Shown in pieces: positions 1 through 16,583 of a stretch of 64,000 nt of DNA. Position 1 is the stretch's first letter; each line of letters opens with the position of its first letter. This DNA is from Lobosporangium transversale (Eukaryota): NCBI RefSeq assembly GCF_002105155.1, contig NW_019028982.1:434001-498000 (forward strand). Reading direction: 5' to 3'. A program made the position numbers and the translations under genes. The notes beneath the pieces are model-generated. The model was not told the origin of the DNA. It worked only from the letters and a program-made list of their open reading frames with translations, and did not search any database.

Positions 1-54
1 AGCTGTTTCTTGGGCTTCGAAAAAAATATATAATAAATTAATAAATCAGTATCT

Positions 55-2972
55 CTACTTCCAATCAAGCGATATATATGCTGCAAGTATACACTTGGGA
101 ACTTGAATTACGTCTTGTGCTTCTGAGCAATCCGCTTGCGAAGGCTCTAGCTGACCTTGGGCTGGACCACTGAGTATTTCCTTTGAACCTATTTCAGTAG
201 CCTTGCCTGGCAATGTATTAACAGCATCCTTTGCCGTGTTCGATAACATTAGTGTTGGTGAAAGGCCTTGTGATGAAACTACAAGCACGACCTCCTTGCG
301 CCTCCTCCATTGGGATGATTGCTTGGATACAGCCTTTGGTATGGGCAATAATGTGACCGAGCTCTCTCCGCTGACAGCAGATAGTGACAATCGATTTTTG
401 TTTCCTTCGCTATCTTCTACATCATCGCCTGCTTTATGTGCTGGCCGGCCTACACTATGGCTACGGGCGAGCATAGGAGGCTTGAGTTGCTTGGTGAATG
501 GCTTTGGGCCAGGAAATGTGAAGTTGTTGGCAGTAACTTTTGCTGAAGGGGCGAGAACGGGGGTAGAAATATCTAGAATCAAATGTGATGATCGAAGTGT
601 AGGACGCGGAGGCAATGGAGGCCTCGCCGCCAGGTTTGCCACATTGTCCTTTATTGATGTGATATTGTTCATTATAGGCTCTCCTTCAATCAAGGTTTTC
701 AGTCGAGGGTCACTTAGCCTTGGCGTCTGCGTTGCTGCTGTTGCATCTGGCAATCCTGATGCTGGTAAGGCGCATTCATAGAAGAAAGAGGGGGGAATCG
801 GCGGCTTTGGGTCTTTGCTGAAGGATGGTGCTAGTTTCGCTATATTAACCATTGTCGCCTTGTCGGCCTCCAATTGCGACTGTGTAGTAGCTTTACTGCG
901 GCAACCCGGTTGTAACTTTTGTCGAATGCGCTTAGTGATGCTACCATTGCTATTAAAAGTCGAATCAAGCATATGATTCCTGTTTCTGAGAAGTCTTGTC
1001 ATCCATGATTGTGATTCCAAAATAGGCGGAGAAGGAATTCGCTTAATTGGCGATGATCTGCCAACAACAATCATTGGCGTTGACTGTAAGCCGCCCATCG
1101 AGGAGGCGATCAATGAGGACTTAAGCTTGTCAAGAGGCGAAGTTGGTACAGGCACAAGCTCCCTATTCAAACTGTTCTTGATATCCAGCGATGATGGCAG
1201 TGGCGGGAGAGACCGATTGGGGTTCGCATGGGTTATACTTAAGTCCTTTGCTTCTTGATCAGTTGCACGGGTTAGTGGTAAAGGGGGAATGTATTTAGGG
1301 AATGGCAGTGGCTTGTCCATAGAACCAGCATTCAAGTTGCTGGCTATGGTAAGATGACGGAAGCATCCGCTCATAGTTCCATCAAGACTGGAATCTATTG
1401 GTGGAGACCCCAGGGTACCGCTAAATCGATTAGTCAAAGAACTTGGTGGCTCTTCATAATCTATGACCTGCTCATATTGGTCTAAGATTATGGAGTCAAC
1501 ATCCTCATTTTCATCTTCTATCTCTGAGCCAGCCTCAGGAACCATATGGCGCTGAAAGATACGGACATTCTTGACCGATTCCCATTGGACGGCTTTGGAC
1601 TTCTTCAGAGCTAATACCCGGCCATCGTCAAATCCAGAATCCGTCTGATTCTTTAAAGCTTCCTTTGTATTTGAATTGACTTGTGGTGTATGGCAGTGTG
1701 TTTGTATCTGCAATTTAGCGATGTAGTCGTCATAAGCCTTGTATGCCGCGATCTGGGCTTCCAGGACAGGCTCAGGCCCTTGTTGTCGATCGTTGCGATT
1801 CTTCAAAACTGACCGGATTGGCTTGGGTGCATCCATTAGGGGACGCCGAACGATGATTCGTTGATAGCAGGTTAAGTCTTGGTAAGGCTCAACGGCTTCT
1901 GGGTCGATCGCGTTAAGGTAATCAAAATCATCGTCATCCTGAACCTCAGATAACTTTAACAGTCCTTGTTGATCAATAGGGTATTGACTTGTGAAGGCTA
2001 AGGTCTTGTTAGCTTCAGATATCGCCCTTCTGTCATTAAATACCTCATCATTAATGTTATTGGATAGTAAATTGTAATACTGTTCAGCTGTATCGTTTGG
2101 ATTTAGTAAAGATATCCTGGAACCAACCAGTTCGTTGCTAAGACTACGGTCCTTGAGCCCAATGTTGTCATCCTTTTCTGGTCTGTTTAGGTGATGCGGC
2201 CTCGCCAGCGTTATAGATGGGATATGATTCCTAAAGGATTCTGCATCTTTTCCAAGTCTTTTTTTGAGACTGTCTACACCAGGTTGTTGTCTCAGCAATT
2301 CTACTAGTTCGCGATCATCCAACTTGACAGCCTCCAAAATGTCATACGCGTTGAGGCCGCAACCGTTTTGTAGTCCAAGGTCACCTCCCTTTGAGATAAG
2401 CAGGTCAAGAGTGGACTTCATTCCCAGAAATGCAGCAAGGTGGACGGCATTGCTTTTATCACCAAAATAGTCTTTGTTAATCTGCTCAGATGAGAGCTCC
2501 TAAATAACACAAGGATCGACTCGTTAAAGTGGGATATTGAAGCTTACAAAAATTTGCTTTATCATTATCATTAGCTTACATTTACAAGCATTTGAACGAT
2601 GGTCTCTTGCTCGCTTGCGTTAGCAGATTGGCCTGCATTTTGGGATAGTATACTAAATCCAAGTACGGTCATAGCTATGGATCCTGGTGATGCCACAGAA
2701 GGATCCGCATACACGACTCCAAGCAAGATCGCTGCCTTTGCTTGCAGCTCCTTAGGAAAGTAATCCCTGTCAACATGTAGCGTTGGCAATTGGATTGAAT
2801 GCTTGATGGCTTTGAGGCGACCATCGTGTTGGGTCGCTGGATGAACTCGCATCTGTGCTGGTATATGTGCCTGTGCTTGTTTTATGTTGTGAATTTGTGT
2901 GATGAGGAGTTTGGTTTGTGCTTGTTGGATGAGCTCTATCCAGAGGGTCCGCATGGTAAGCAGCTCTTCCAT
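55..2972 (-). CDS. Ankyrin-repeat-like protein with long Pro/Ser-rich disordered C-terminus (exons 2972-2580, 2499-~58; 3' end may continue off-window)
   Basis: A GTAAGC...TAG intron (2579-2500) joins the 133-aa and 788-aa ORFs in frame, giving NAVHLAAFLGMKSTLDLLISKGGDLGLQNGCGLNAYD (ankyrin-like). Confidence 0.65.
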
Positions 2973-3613
2973 GGTACTTGTCCTTTAATTTCAAAATGAA
3001 TATAGCACACTTTTTAGGAGTCAGATTGATACTCTGTCAGTACGACAGCCTAAAGAGCAATATTCAATCTGAAACCCTGTCTTTTCTTTGAAAATAAAGA
3101 TGGGCAATAGGATGGCAAACGTGAGCAAAAAAAAGAAAGTGTGAGGAGATGAATGAAGCGTGTATAAGAGAGAAGAAGTACAGCAAAGAAAAGGAGGGAA
3201 ATAGAGAGAGAGTGAAAGACGAAGGTGGATAGGCATACCAACTACAAGTCGCTCAAGGATCGGAGTAATAATGCAATAAAGCCTTTCTTGAGAAAGACCA
3301 AGAGAGACAGCACACTTCAATGACCAGCTTTTGCTTTTTTCAAGTCAGCAAGCAAGAGCTTTCTAGGTCCCCTGAAAGATAAAGATATGAATAGTCCACA
3401 CAAAAAACAATATGCCCTTCATCTTAGTCGATCCTTTCTTTAGGATACATTGGTTAATTTTATTGCGAACGCGTTCTTTCTGATGTTTCATGTGTCTGTG
3501 CAACTGAGATTAAAGCTATTTCAAGCATGCATTGTCATCCACATCATTAAATGACAAACAAACACAAGCATGCATCATTGGAGAGAAGTCTTTTAATTGT
3601 TTGATTTAACAAC

Positions 3614-4345
3614 TTAATCAGCCTTTTGTTTTGAAGCCTCGCTTGAACTCACAAGGACACTGCCAAGCACAATTAGACAGGCACCAAACCACCATTGCAA
3701 CGTCAATGGCTCAGAGAAGAGTGCATATCCTAGTACAGCCTAAAAACAAATGTCGGATGGAATACAATTAATCTAGGTAGATGCCTGCGCGTATCAATTT
3801 ATTTTTATCATAATGTTCACTTACTGTCAAGCAAAAGTTGGCAGCGCTATTGATTACAGTTACGGTTGCTGAGGACTTAGATCGGTTCAAGGCCTTTGTG
3901 AAAAGAGTCCACATGACTGCATTACAGATGAAGATCAGAGCAAAACAAATGGTTCTCACAGCAACTACTACCTATAAAACAAATATTATAGATGGTTCGT
4001 TTTGATGATCATTCGAGCACACGCGCCTCTTGCCACTTTCACTTTGCCAATAACTCAGGACATATTTGTCCCAATTCACCGACTTACAGGACTCGTCTCC
4101 CCTTCCTTAGCAATGAAAAGTGTTGTACAATATGGAGTTGTGGGTGCTATAAAAGAGTTGCATGCATACTGTAAAAAATTGATTGTCCTGACATCAAGGG
4201 TCAACTTCGCAAAAACAGATGCTAGAGCAGCGAAAGTTCCTGCCAGAATAGCTGTAGGGATGGCGGTTCTTAATCCTCTTGATGCGGATACTGCATTTCG
4301 TTTCCTTGCAGTCGCTGTGCTTTTTCTGGGACGGTATCCTGACAT
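3614..4345 (-). CDS. TMEM42: TMEM42-like small DMT/EamA-type membrane protein (exons 4345-4088, 3971-3825, 3739-3614)
   Basis: The spliced product contains AGTFAALASVFAKL, CNAVMWTLFTKAL, VTVINSAANFCLTAVLGYALFSEPLTLQWWFGACLIVLG; two canonical GT-AG introns. Confidence 0.85.
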
Positions 4346-4689
4346 GGCGACGGGGTGTAAGCGATGTGCGCTTTGAAAACGCGCATGTTGGTCATGTTGT
4401 CGACGTCACTTCCGCGAGTTTAATAATTTTTTTGCCTTTACTTTTTTCAGCTCGATTAACTCCAAAGGTCCACGCCCAACGCTTCACATCAGCCCAACAC
4501 TAGGAGACATCCACATCAAGGTTCGGTAGCGACACAGGATTCACTCAGATCTCAGGGATCATCGGCGCTTCCTCCATTCCAAAGACTGAACTCTTTATAC
4601 AGCTAATCGAACTACCTCCCTCAGCTTCTCACAGGATTCTGATCAGGCCCAAAGCCCACCTTTTTTTTGACCCATCATAATTCACTATA

Positions 4690-6501
4690 ATGTCTGGTTT
4701 CACATTTGGAGGGGCAACAACACCTGCTGGAGGATCACTGTTTGGAGCTACACCAGCTGCTTCAGCAGCAGGAAGTTTGTTTGGGGCCAAACCCACAACA
4801 CCAGGATCGAATAACCTTTTTGGTGCAGCAGCACAACCCGCAACACCCGCATCTGGAACAGGACTCTTTGGGTCAACGCCAGCCTTGTCTACACCAGCAT
4901 CTGGTGGCTTGTTTGGTGCGACGGCCACGCCTGCCACAGGGCTGTTTGGAGCAGCTACTACATCCGCCACACCAGCGGCTGGTGGATTATTTGGTGCAAC
5001 TACTACGTCGACTGCGCCTGCTGCGGGTGGATTGTTTGGTGCACCTGCCGCATCTGCTGCACCGGCTACAGGAGGATTCTTTGGAGGTACGCCTGCGTCT
5101 GGCATAGGGTCAAATCTCTTTGGAGCAGCTTCTTCGACAGCGCCAGCATCAGGAGGATTTTTTGGAGCAAAGCCAGCCGCCTCGGGATTCTCATTCGCAG
5201 TACCTGGGACCTCAACGGCACCAGCAGCAGGAAGCTTGTTTGGCGCAGCACCCAAACCATTTGGGTCAAGTGGATTTGGTACATCAACCGCTACAACCGT
5301 CGCCCCAACTATCCCTGGGTTTGGCGCCTCTCTTGCATCAGGACAGAGACAGCAGTATGTAATTGGGAATGTCAAACCAGAGATACCAGTTTGGTATAAT
5401 CTTATGTATATCAAGAACTCATGGGACCCTACACATCCCAATTGCCAGTTTAAAGTACGTCACTCTACAAACAGGAGCTTGTGATATTGTTGAAGAGCGG
5501 ATTTCTAATACATTTTTTTTTTTCTCTTTTTCTCTTCTAGTATTTCTTTTACAATTTCGTACATCCTGATGATGTGAATAAATATGGACCACCTCCAAAT
5601 GTCGATCCTTTTGAATGGCAGCAGGCGGTGAGAGAATGTCCTGATAAAGAATGGTGTGTCATTGGTTTTATAAATGTGTAGAGATGTGATTATTGCTTTG
5701 TATTTTATATTCCAATTAACAGGTTTAGTACCGTATCTGTTGTAGTATGGTACCTGCTCTGGCGATTGGATTTGAAGATTTGAAAAAGAGAATGGAGACC
5801 CAAAACGACATGACAGAAATGCAAAGGATAAAACTTGAAGAGATTGAAGTCAAGATGAATGAAATCATGCAGTTTCATGTAGTCCAGACAGCAACAAAGG
5901 TTCGGGAGTTCAAGCGACGTCACATTCAGCTTGCTCAACGTGTTCTAACTGTAAGTCCTGGACCATTGTTATAAGAATCTGGATGGCTGAGTGCCTTTTC
6001 TTCGCAATAACCAATACTCCTGTTTGATTTTCTCGAATGTTTCGCTGTAGCTGATGAAGCGTGTTCAGATATTGCGAAACAGAGGCGTACCAATCCGGGA
6101 AGATGAAGAGCTTTTGAGAGTCAGACTTGAGAATGCGCTAGAGCAACTTCGTAATCCTGCACACTTTAGAGGCAAGATAACAGAACTATGGGCGCAGCTG
6201 CAGATCCTAAAGGATTCCAAAAGACTGCATCCTTATAGCAGCCACGGCGTCCCTGACGCATCACAACTTGAGGCTGTTGGCAAGGTACTTGCTTTATGGC
6301 CGACATTATCATATTATAAGATGTTTTCAAGAAAATTCAATTTATCACTAAGTTGACTCATGCGCGTACTTTTTCTTCTTTTTTTTACAGGTTTTACAAG
6401 AACAGCAAGCAGGTCTAGCGCACATCACTTCGATTATTCAGCAGGACATGGAAGACATTGAGATCTTGCAGCGCAAACTAGAGGAAACAAAACGAGCATG
6501 A
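4690..6501 (+). CDS. NUP57: FG-nucleoporin Nup57/Nup54 (multi-exon)
   Basis: N-terminal GLFG/SLFG repeats, then SWDPTHPNCQFK-YFFYN, WQQAVRECPD, MVPALAIGFEDLKKR and a coiled-coil C-terminus; GT-AG introns; stop TGA 6499-6501. Confidence 0.9.
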
Positions 6502-7379
6502 AAGTGTAAACGTTGCTGGACAATAATAAAGATGTGGTTTCTCAGTGTTCTCTTCAAATAGTACCATTGAGAAAAAAAAAAAAAAAAAAAAAAAGTGACT
6601 GCTGACACTGTGCTTTGATTCCTCTTGAAATTATCACTGTTTTTTATTTTTTCTCTTTTCTCATTCAATTCTACGCGATTTAGTTACTCATCAGCCAAAG
6701 GTTCACTCATTTCATTCCCTCTATTTATTACACAGTAGACAGGTCATGTAAGTTGTACCGATTTAATAACACACTGTTAAGGACATGTATGTCTAGTATA
6801 CATGACATACAGCACGTATTCACTCTATTACATAACATGGTATCGCGTCAAAAGTAAAAAGCGGAGGTTACCATTTACCTTCGTTCCAGTGTTGCCTCGA
6901 AAATTGGCGGCAATACGCAGGGGCTACAAATTTGTTCTATTATTCAGTCATTCAGTCATTCAGTCACAGTAAAATATAACCTTGTGGGCCAAACTTACCC
7001 ACAGCTCCTGTGGTCACCTCTCAAGTGCAACCACCGTCACCACTACCACTAACTTTCCGTCATATTCCCATGCATATCTGATATATCAATACAGCATCAA
7101 TTCTTTATCTCTTGGCAACCAGGCTTATCGATTCAGCCGGCGCAACTGCTGTCTGCTTCAAAAGAATCAACTGTTCTATCCAGAAATCCTGCTGCTATAA
7201 TCGTCTACTCTCATTCACCTGAACTAGCTGCATTCAACGTAGTCATAAACACCAGTTCTACCGATACTATCTTTAAAATTTCAAAAACTGCTTCCAGTGA
7301 AGTTCGGATAGCACCACCAGAAGCAACATTAAAACCAAGTCTATCTGTCGGAGGAAAGTTAGTTAACCAGGATTTAGTC

Positions 7380-8544
7380 ATGGTGATACCCGAATTATCA
7401 AGCCAGCGTGGCTCTAGACCTACTAATTCGGAGAATGGGGCGCGCGAGAATCCCTATCTAGCTTTTGTCGCTGCTATCGATCCTGATGGCACAATGGATG
7501 ACGGTCGAGCCTATGTTGGTGGTGCAAGACATTATGTTGATAAGGCTGTGACTCGTTCTGCAAATAACATCAGTAATCAGCAGAGTCCTCCAACTCAAGC
7601 TCAATCTCAAGTTCAAGTTCAAGTTCAAACCCAAGCTCAATCTCAGGTTCAAGCTCCAGCTCAAACCCAATCTCAAACCCAAAGCAAGCAGCAATTGGGA
7701 AGCAGCCGTCAACCGGCGCAACACTCTTTCAAGCAACCGCCACAACAGCCGTAAGAAAATATCTACTCTTATGAAATGAAATACATTTATAGATCAGTCC
7801 AGCTGATTTTTATACCCATACCTTCAAATTAGAAAATATTCTACAGCAGAACGAGTTCGTGGATCTGGCCAATCTCGGTGGTCTGGAAAACCGCTGGCTA
7901 CCGCAAACTCGATTCCTGAAGGATTTTTTGCTACTGCTAAACCAGTTACACCCGCGTCATCATCAAACGCTTCACCCCAGCAGGTTAAGCAAGATTTATC
8001 TCCACAACATAGTGATTCAGGCCAATTTCGAGATCACAGGCCTGAAACAAAAGTCCCGGAGGTGCAGCATGAGTTCCGCCCTAGAATATCAGATGTTCAG
8101 CGGGCCATGGGCTCCGTCACTGTTAACGAAGGAAATGTCACGAAAGTCTCTCAGCACCCTGAGCAGGCCCGTTCAAACTGGAATACTCTCGCAACATCAT
8201 CAGAAACTGCAGGATGGGGACTCCTTTCATCGAGAACAATGCCCAGTAGAGCTGGGAGATTTGGCGATATCAGTGACGATGAAGGGTCAGTGTCCACCTC
8301 GCGAGGTTCACATTCAGTAGTGCCCGCGTCTAATGATGGTGATCCATTATATCTTCAGTATCCAATTGGAGATGGATGCTATGTCACAGTGACTATACAT
8401 GTAGATAGGAGTGCACAAGCTGCACGCAGACGAATCCCTATTGAGATGCCTCGCTTGCAGTCTGGTTACAAAGTACAGACAATGGAACAGTTGGCTAATA
8501 TTTTCAAAGAAGCGGTGGAAGACGAGAAGAGTAACGCGTTATGA
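7380..8544 (+). CDS. Hypothetical protein, tandem paralogue A (exons 7380-7750, 7833-8544; 5' end probably decayed)
   Basis: A phase-2 intron 7751-7832 joins the ORFs in frame. Shares ENPY..F...IDPD, SDVQR.MG, NDG.PL.LQYPIGDGCY and EDEK motifs with the adjacent gene. Confidence 0.65.
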
Positions 8545-8823
8545 TGAAATTCAGAATTATTTGTTTACAATATATTTCGGTTAATCTTTCATACACCACC
8601 ACCTTGGCAACCTTGCAGATGTAAAATGTTGAAAACAGATGCATATCAATCTTCATCACAATTAGGGATACTCTTAACGCGACTTTTTTTTTTTTTTTTT
8701 TTTTTTTTCATAAAATAATTGCGCCCGTCTTTCTCTTTTTTCTTCGATTTCACCATTTTCTTTGCTATTTCATTTTTCTCACAATTATACTCCCTATTCA
8801 CCATTACTACGCCTCTAAGCAAC

Positions 8824-10345
8824 ATGGACAACCGCTCGGTAGGTGGATGGGGAAATACTGCGTCTTTGACCAAGAACGGCACAGCTCCTGCAATCAACTC
8901 ACAAAGCTCTTTGCCAATAAACTATCATCCCCTCGTAACTGACCCTGCGTTTCATGTATCTCTACATATTTCGACTCAGAAATCAATCTTTACTACCTCA
9001 CGACCTAGAATTTCGACAGACTTCCTTGCACATCTCCAACAACAGATACAGAGGCAGCAGCAACTGCAACAAACTGAAGAACTACCTGCCTTGTTCAAAA
9101 AGTCTACTAAACAAACAGTTATCCCAGTCCTGCCTGATCGAGCTGCCAACATAGCGTCTGTGAGCCCTACCTTCATCAATAGCTCCAATCATAAGCCTAA
9201 AATCCCTTTTCCTGATATAAAGACATCTCTATCCAAAAATAACTTTAAAAGCAAAGAGGCACATCAACTGACCGAAAGCCCCGAGACATCGTCATCACAC
9301 CCCAGCAGGCTTACTCTACCGAGTACTTCCAACAGGCTGGCTAAATCCTCTAAAAGCGGAGAAATAGTCGCAGCAAGATTGGAGCCCTCATATCAGCAAG
9401 GTCCTTGGGTAATCAGCTCGGGAAGCGAAGCACACAACTCAACTCAAGCCCAAGAGAACCCATATGTGTTCTTTACTACATATATCGACCCTGATAGCGC
9501 CATGAATGATAGACGAACATATGTTGATGAGCCTAAGCACTATGTCGAAAAGGCGGGATCTCAACTTACACGGCCTTCGCATCAACCGTCAAAATCCATG
9601 TTCAAGCGACAGCAGCCGTAGGTCGACATTTGAGCTTAATACCTTCCTTAAAGAGAGATATGTGTCTTTGCTTTAACTCATTTATTTATTTTATAGGTCG
9701 GATACATATATTCGAAGCTTTTCATCGTCGGATCGACGTCAAAATTTTGATGACTCAGAAACGGCCTTGGTGACCAAAGATTTGCTTCCTCAAGGATTTT
9801 TCGATGCTAATACAACATCACAAGAACCAGTATCAAGCATTTCAGCGCAGCACGGGAAACAGCATTTCATCTTTCAGCTCAGTGACCCAAGTCAACTTGA
9901 GTCCCATTGGGCAGGATCTAGGACGCTCGATTCGCAGCATGGGTGCCACTATCCCAATGTTTCTGATGTCCAACGCACCATGGGGCCTATCACCGTCGGT
10001 GAAAAAAATACTCTCAAACTCCCCCAACAGCTTGGGGAAAGCGTAGTCAAATGGTCGCAGCCTGAAGGGGATAGTCGGCTGGAGTCATCAACCTTACATT
10101 CAATACTCCCAATTGGAAAAGCGACCAATGACGGCAATCCGTTATTTCTTCAATATCCAATCGGGGATGGGTGCTATTTAGTATCGGCGATGTACGTAGA
10201 GAGGAGTATACATTCTGCTCTTAAACGATTCCCTGATATTGACCGAACACGCATGTTATCGAGTCATAGAATTCACACTACTGAGCAAATAACTAAAGCC
10301 TTTCAAGAAGTGTTGGAAGATGAAAAACATTCCATGTTTGAATGA
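8824..10345 (+). CDS. Hypothetical protein, tandem paralogue B (exons 8824-9617, 9697-10345)
   Basis: ATG at 8824; phase-2 intron 9618-9696 at the same position (after QQP) as in paralogue A; same conserved motifs. Confidence 0.75.
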
Positions 10346-10816
10346 GCTCAAAGCTGTTTCGATAGTCATACTTGCTTAGTTAATTTTTTTTTTTTTTTTT
10401 TTTCTATAATTATTAAAAATGCTTTCACATGATATCTTATATGAAAATGATCAATATAAAAGAGCAACCATCACCGGTTGGCGCTGAGCAGACTTTAATC
10501 TGGTCATTTTGGTACCAAGCAATATGTTAAATATAATTTTGCATACTCCTTCACAGCGTGGTATAACCTCTACTCATATATTTGTCACCAAGACCAGTAG
10601 ATACCAGGCCCTTGGGGAAAGAGCCACGCATCTATCAAAGGACCTGCGGTTGAATGAGGTCTAGACTTTTTTTTGTTGGCTCAGAGTATTTGGAGAGCCA
10701 AGTATATTATACAATACACAGCGTCACTGCTTTGCAAAAGACGATGAGACGAGATAAGGTGTAAAAAAGAGATGATATTATACTCATTAAATGAAAAGAA
10801 GAGTGTAAAAAGTAAA

Positions 10817-15201
<4,385 letters not shown>

Positions 15202-16583
15202 TGTGGATAGGGAAGACAAGGCAAAAAAAGAAGATAGCAAGATATAACTTTCGAAATATAAAAAAGGAGAATTATTTGGTTAGAGATCAACTCAATAATG
15301 TGGACATTTCTTTATCTCTTTTCTTTTTGTAAGAGGCAGATTGGATTGTGAATGGGGCTGGGATTACTTTTTAGCGAAAAGGGAAAAAGCGGAAAAAAAA
15401 AAAAAAAAAAAAAAAAAAAAGCGGAGGAAGAGTGGAAGAAGAAGATTGAATGCATAGAGTGACTAAACCACTTCTTGTGGCAAAGGAGAGAAGAGGAGGG
15501 AAGAGGGAGGTCTATGGGTTTATTATTGTGCGAATAGCTTGAAATGACATGCGCCTTCTTGCTCTTTGTTTCCTTGTAGGCAGGAATACAAACAGAAAGA
15601 AAAAGACGGCAATGCAACACATGTATACCTTTGAAGTATAAGAGTATAGTGAAAAACTGTCCTTTACCTTCACTCAAATAAGGGTTCGCGTGTTTTAAAG
15701 TTTATGGATTGTTTGTTGTACAAAGGCGCGTTGTAGCCAATAGGGATGATGAATGCTTTTGAGTTGACAACACTACGAACATCAACATTTGCGTGGCCGT
15801 TGTTTGGTCAGAATAAGAATGAACAAAAAAAAAAAAAAAAGATGGCAATCGAATCAATTCATCAATGCATTCTAAGCGTACAAAACAAAAAAAAAAAAAA
15901 AAAAAAAAAAAAACGAATAAGGAATGAAGCAAGTGGACGAGAGAGAGAGAGAGAGAGAAAGAGAAAATAAAAGTAATTGCCATTTTGGCAATGATTCATA
16001 ATTCAATCTCATTCGTCACCTTTTCACTCCTCATTACACTTAACCTGACAAAAAAACCCTCTCTCCTCCTCCTCTTTTGACCTGGTTCTCCCTCCGTATT
16101 ACTGGATCGTATTCACTGAAAAGCTATTAATGACATGCCAAGTCCTTTTTTTTTTATTGAAATGCATATTTTGGATGCAGGGAAAGAGAAAATCTGAACA
16201 ATCTAATTAATCTCAACTTTTGTATGACCAATCTTCGGTGCTTTATTTCGCTGTTTATTCGATCTTTGTAAAGGTGAGTAAGAGAAAAAATAAAAAAAGG
16301 GATAGAAGTAAAAAAGGAACACAAATAGGAGAGAGGAAGGAGATAATAAACCCATGAGAAAAAGGAGTTCATTTCCATGCACAGCATTTTATATTTTATT
16401 TTTATGGACAACATTGACAACACCAGAAAATTTCAATCCTTCAAGGCGTTCTAAGATAGCCTATTAAAATGTTTTTGGATATGAGCAGTATATATTGGTA
16501 ACACATTTAACATTTGTTGTTATCTTTTTTTTTTTTTTTTTTTTTTAATCAATCTTATGCGCTATTTGCTGGTAATACAGAGT

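Noticed and set aside
4629..5441. 270-aa minus-strand ORF
   Set aside because: Antisense shadow of the FG-repeat exon of Nup57.
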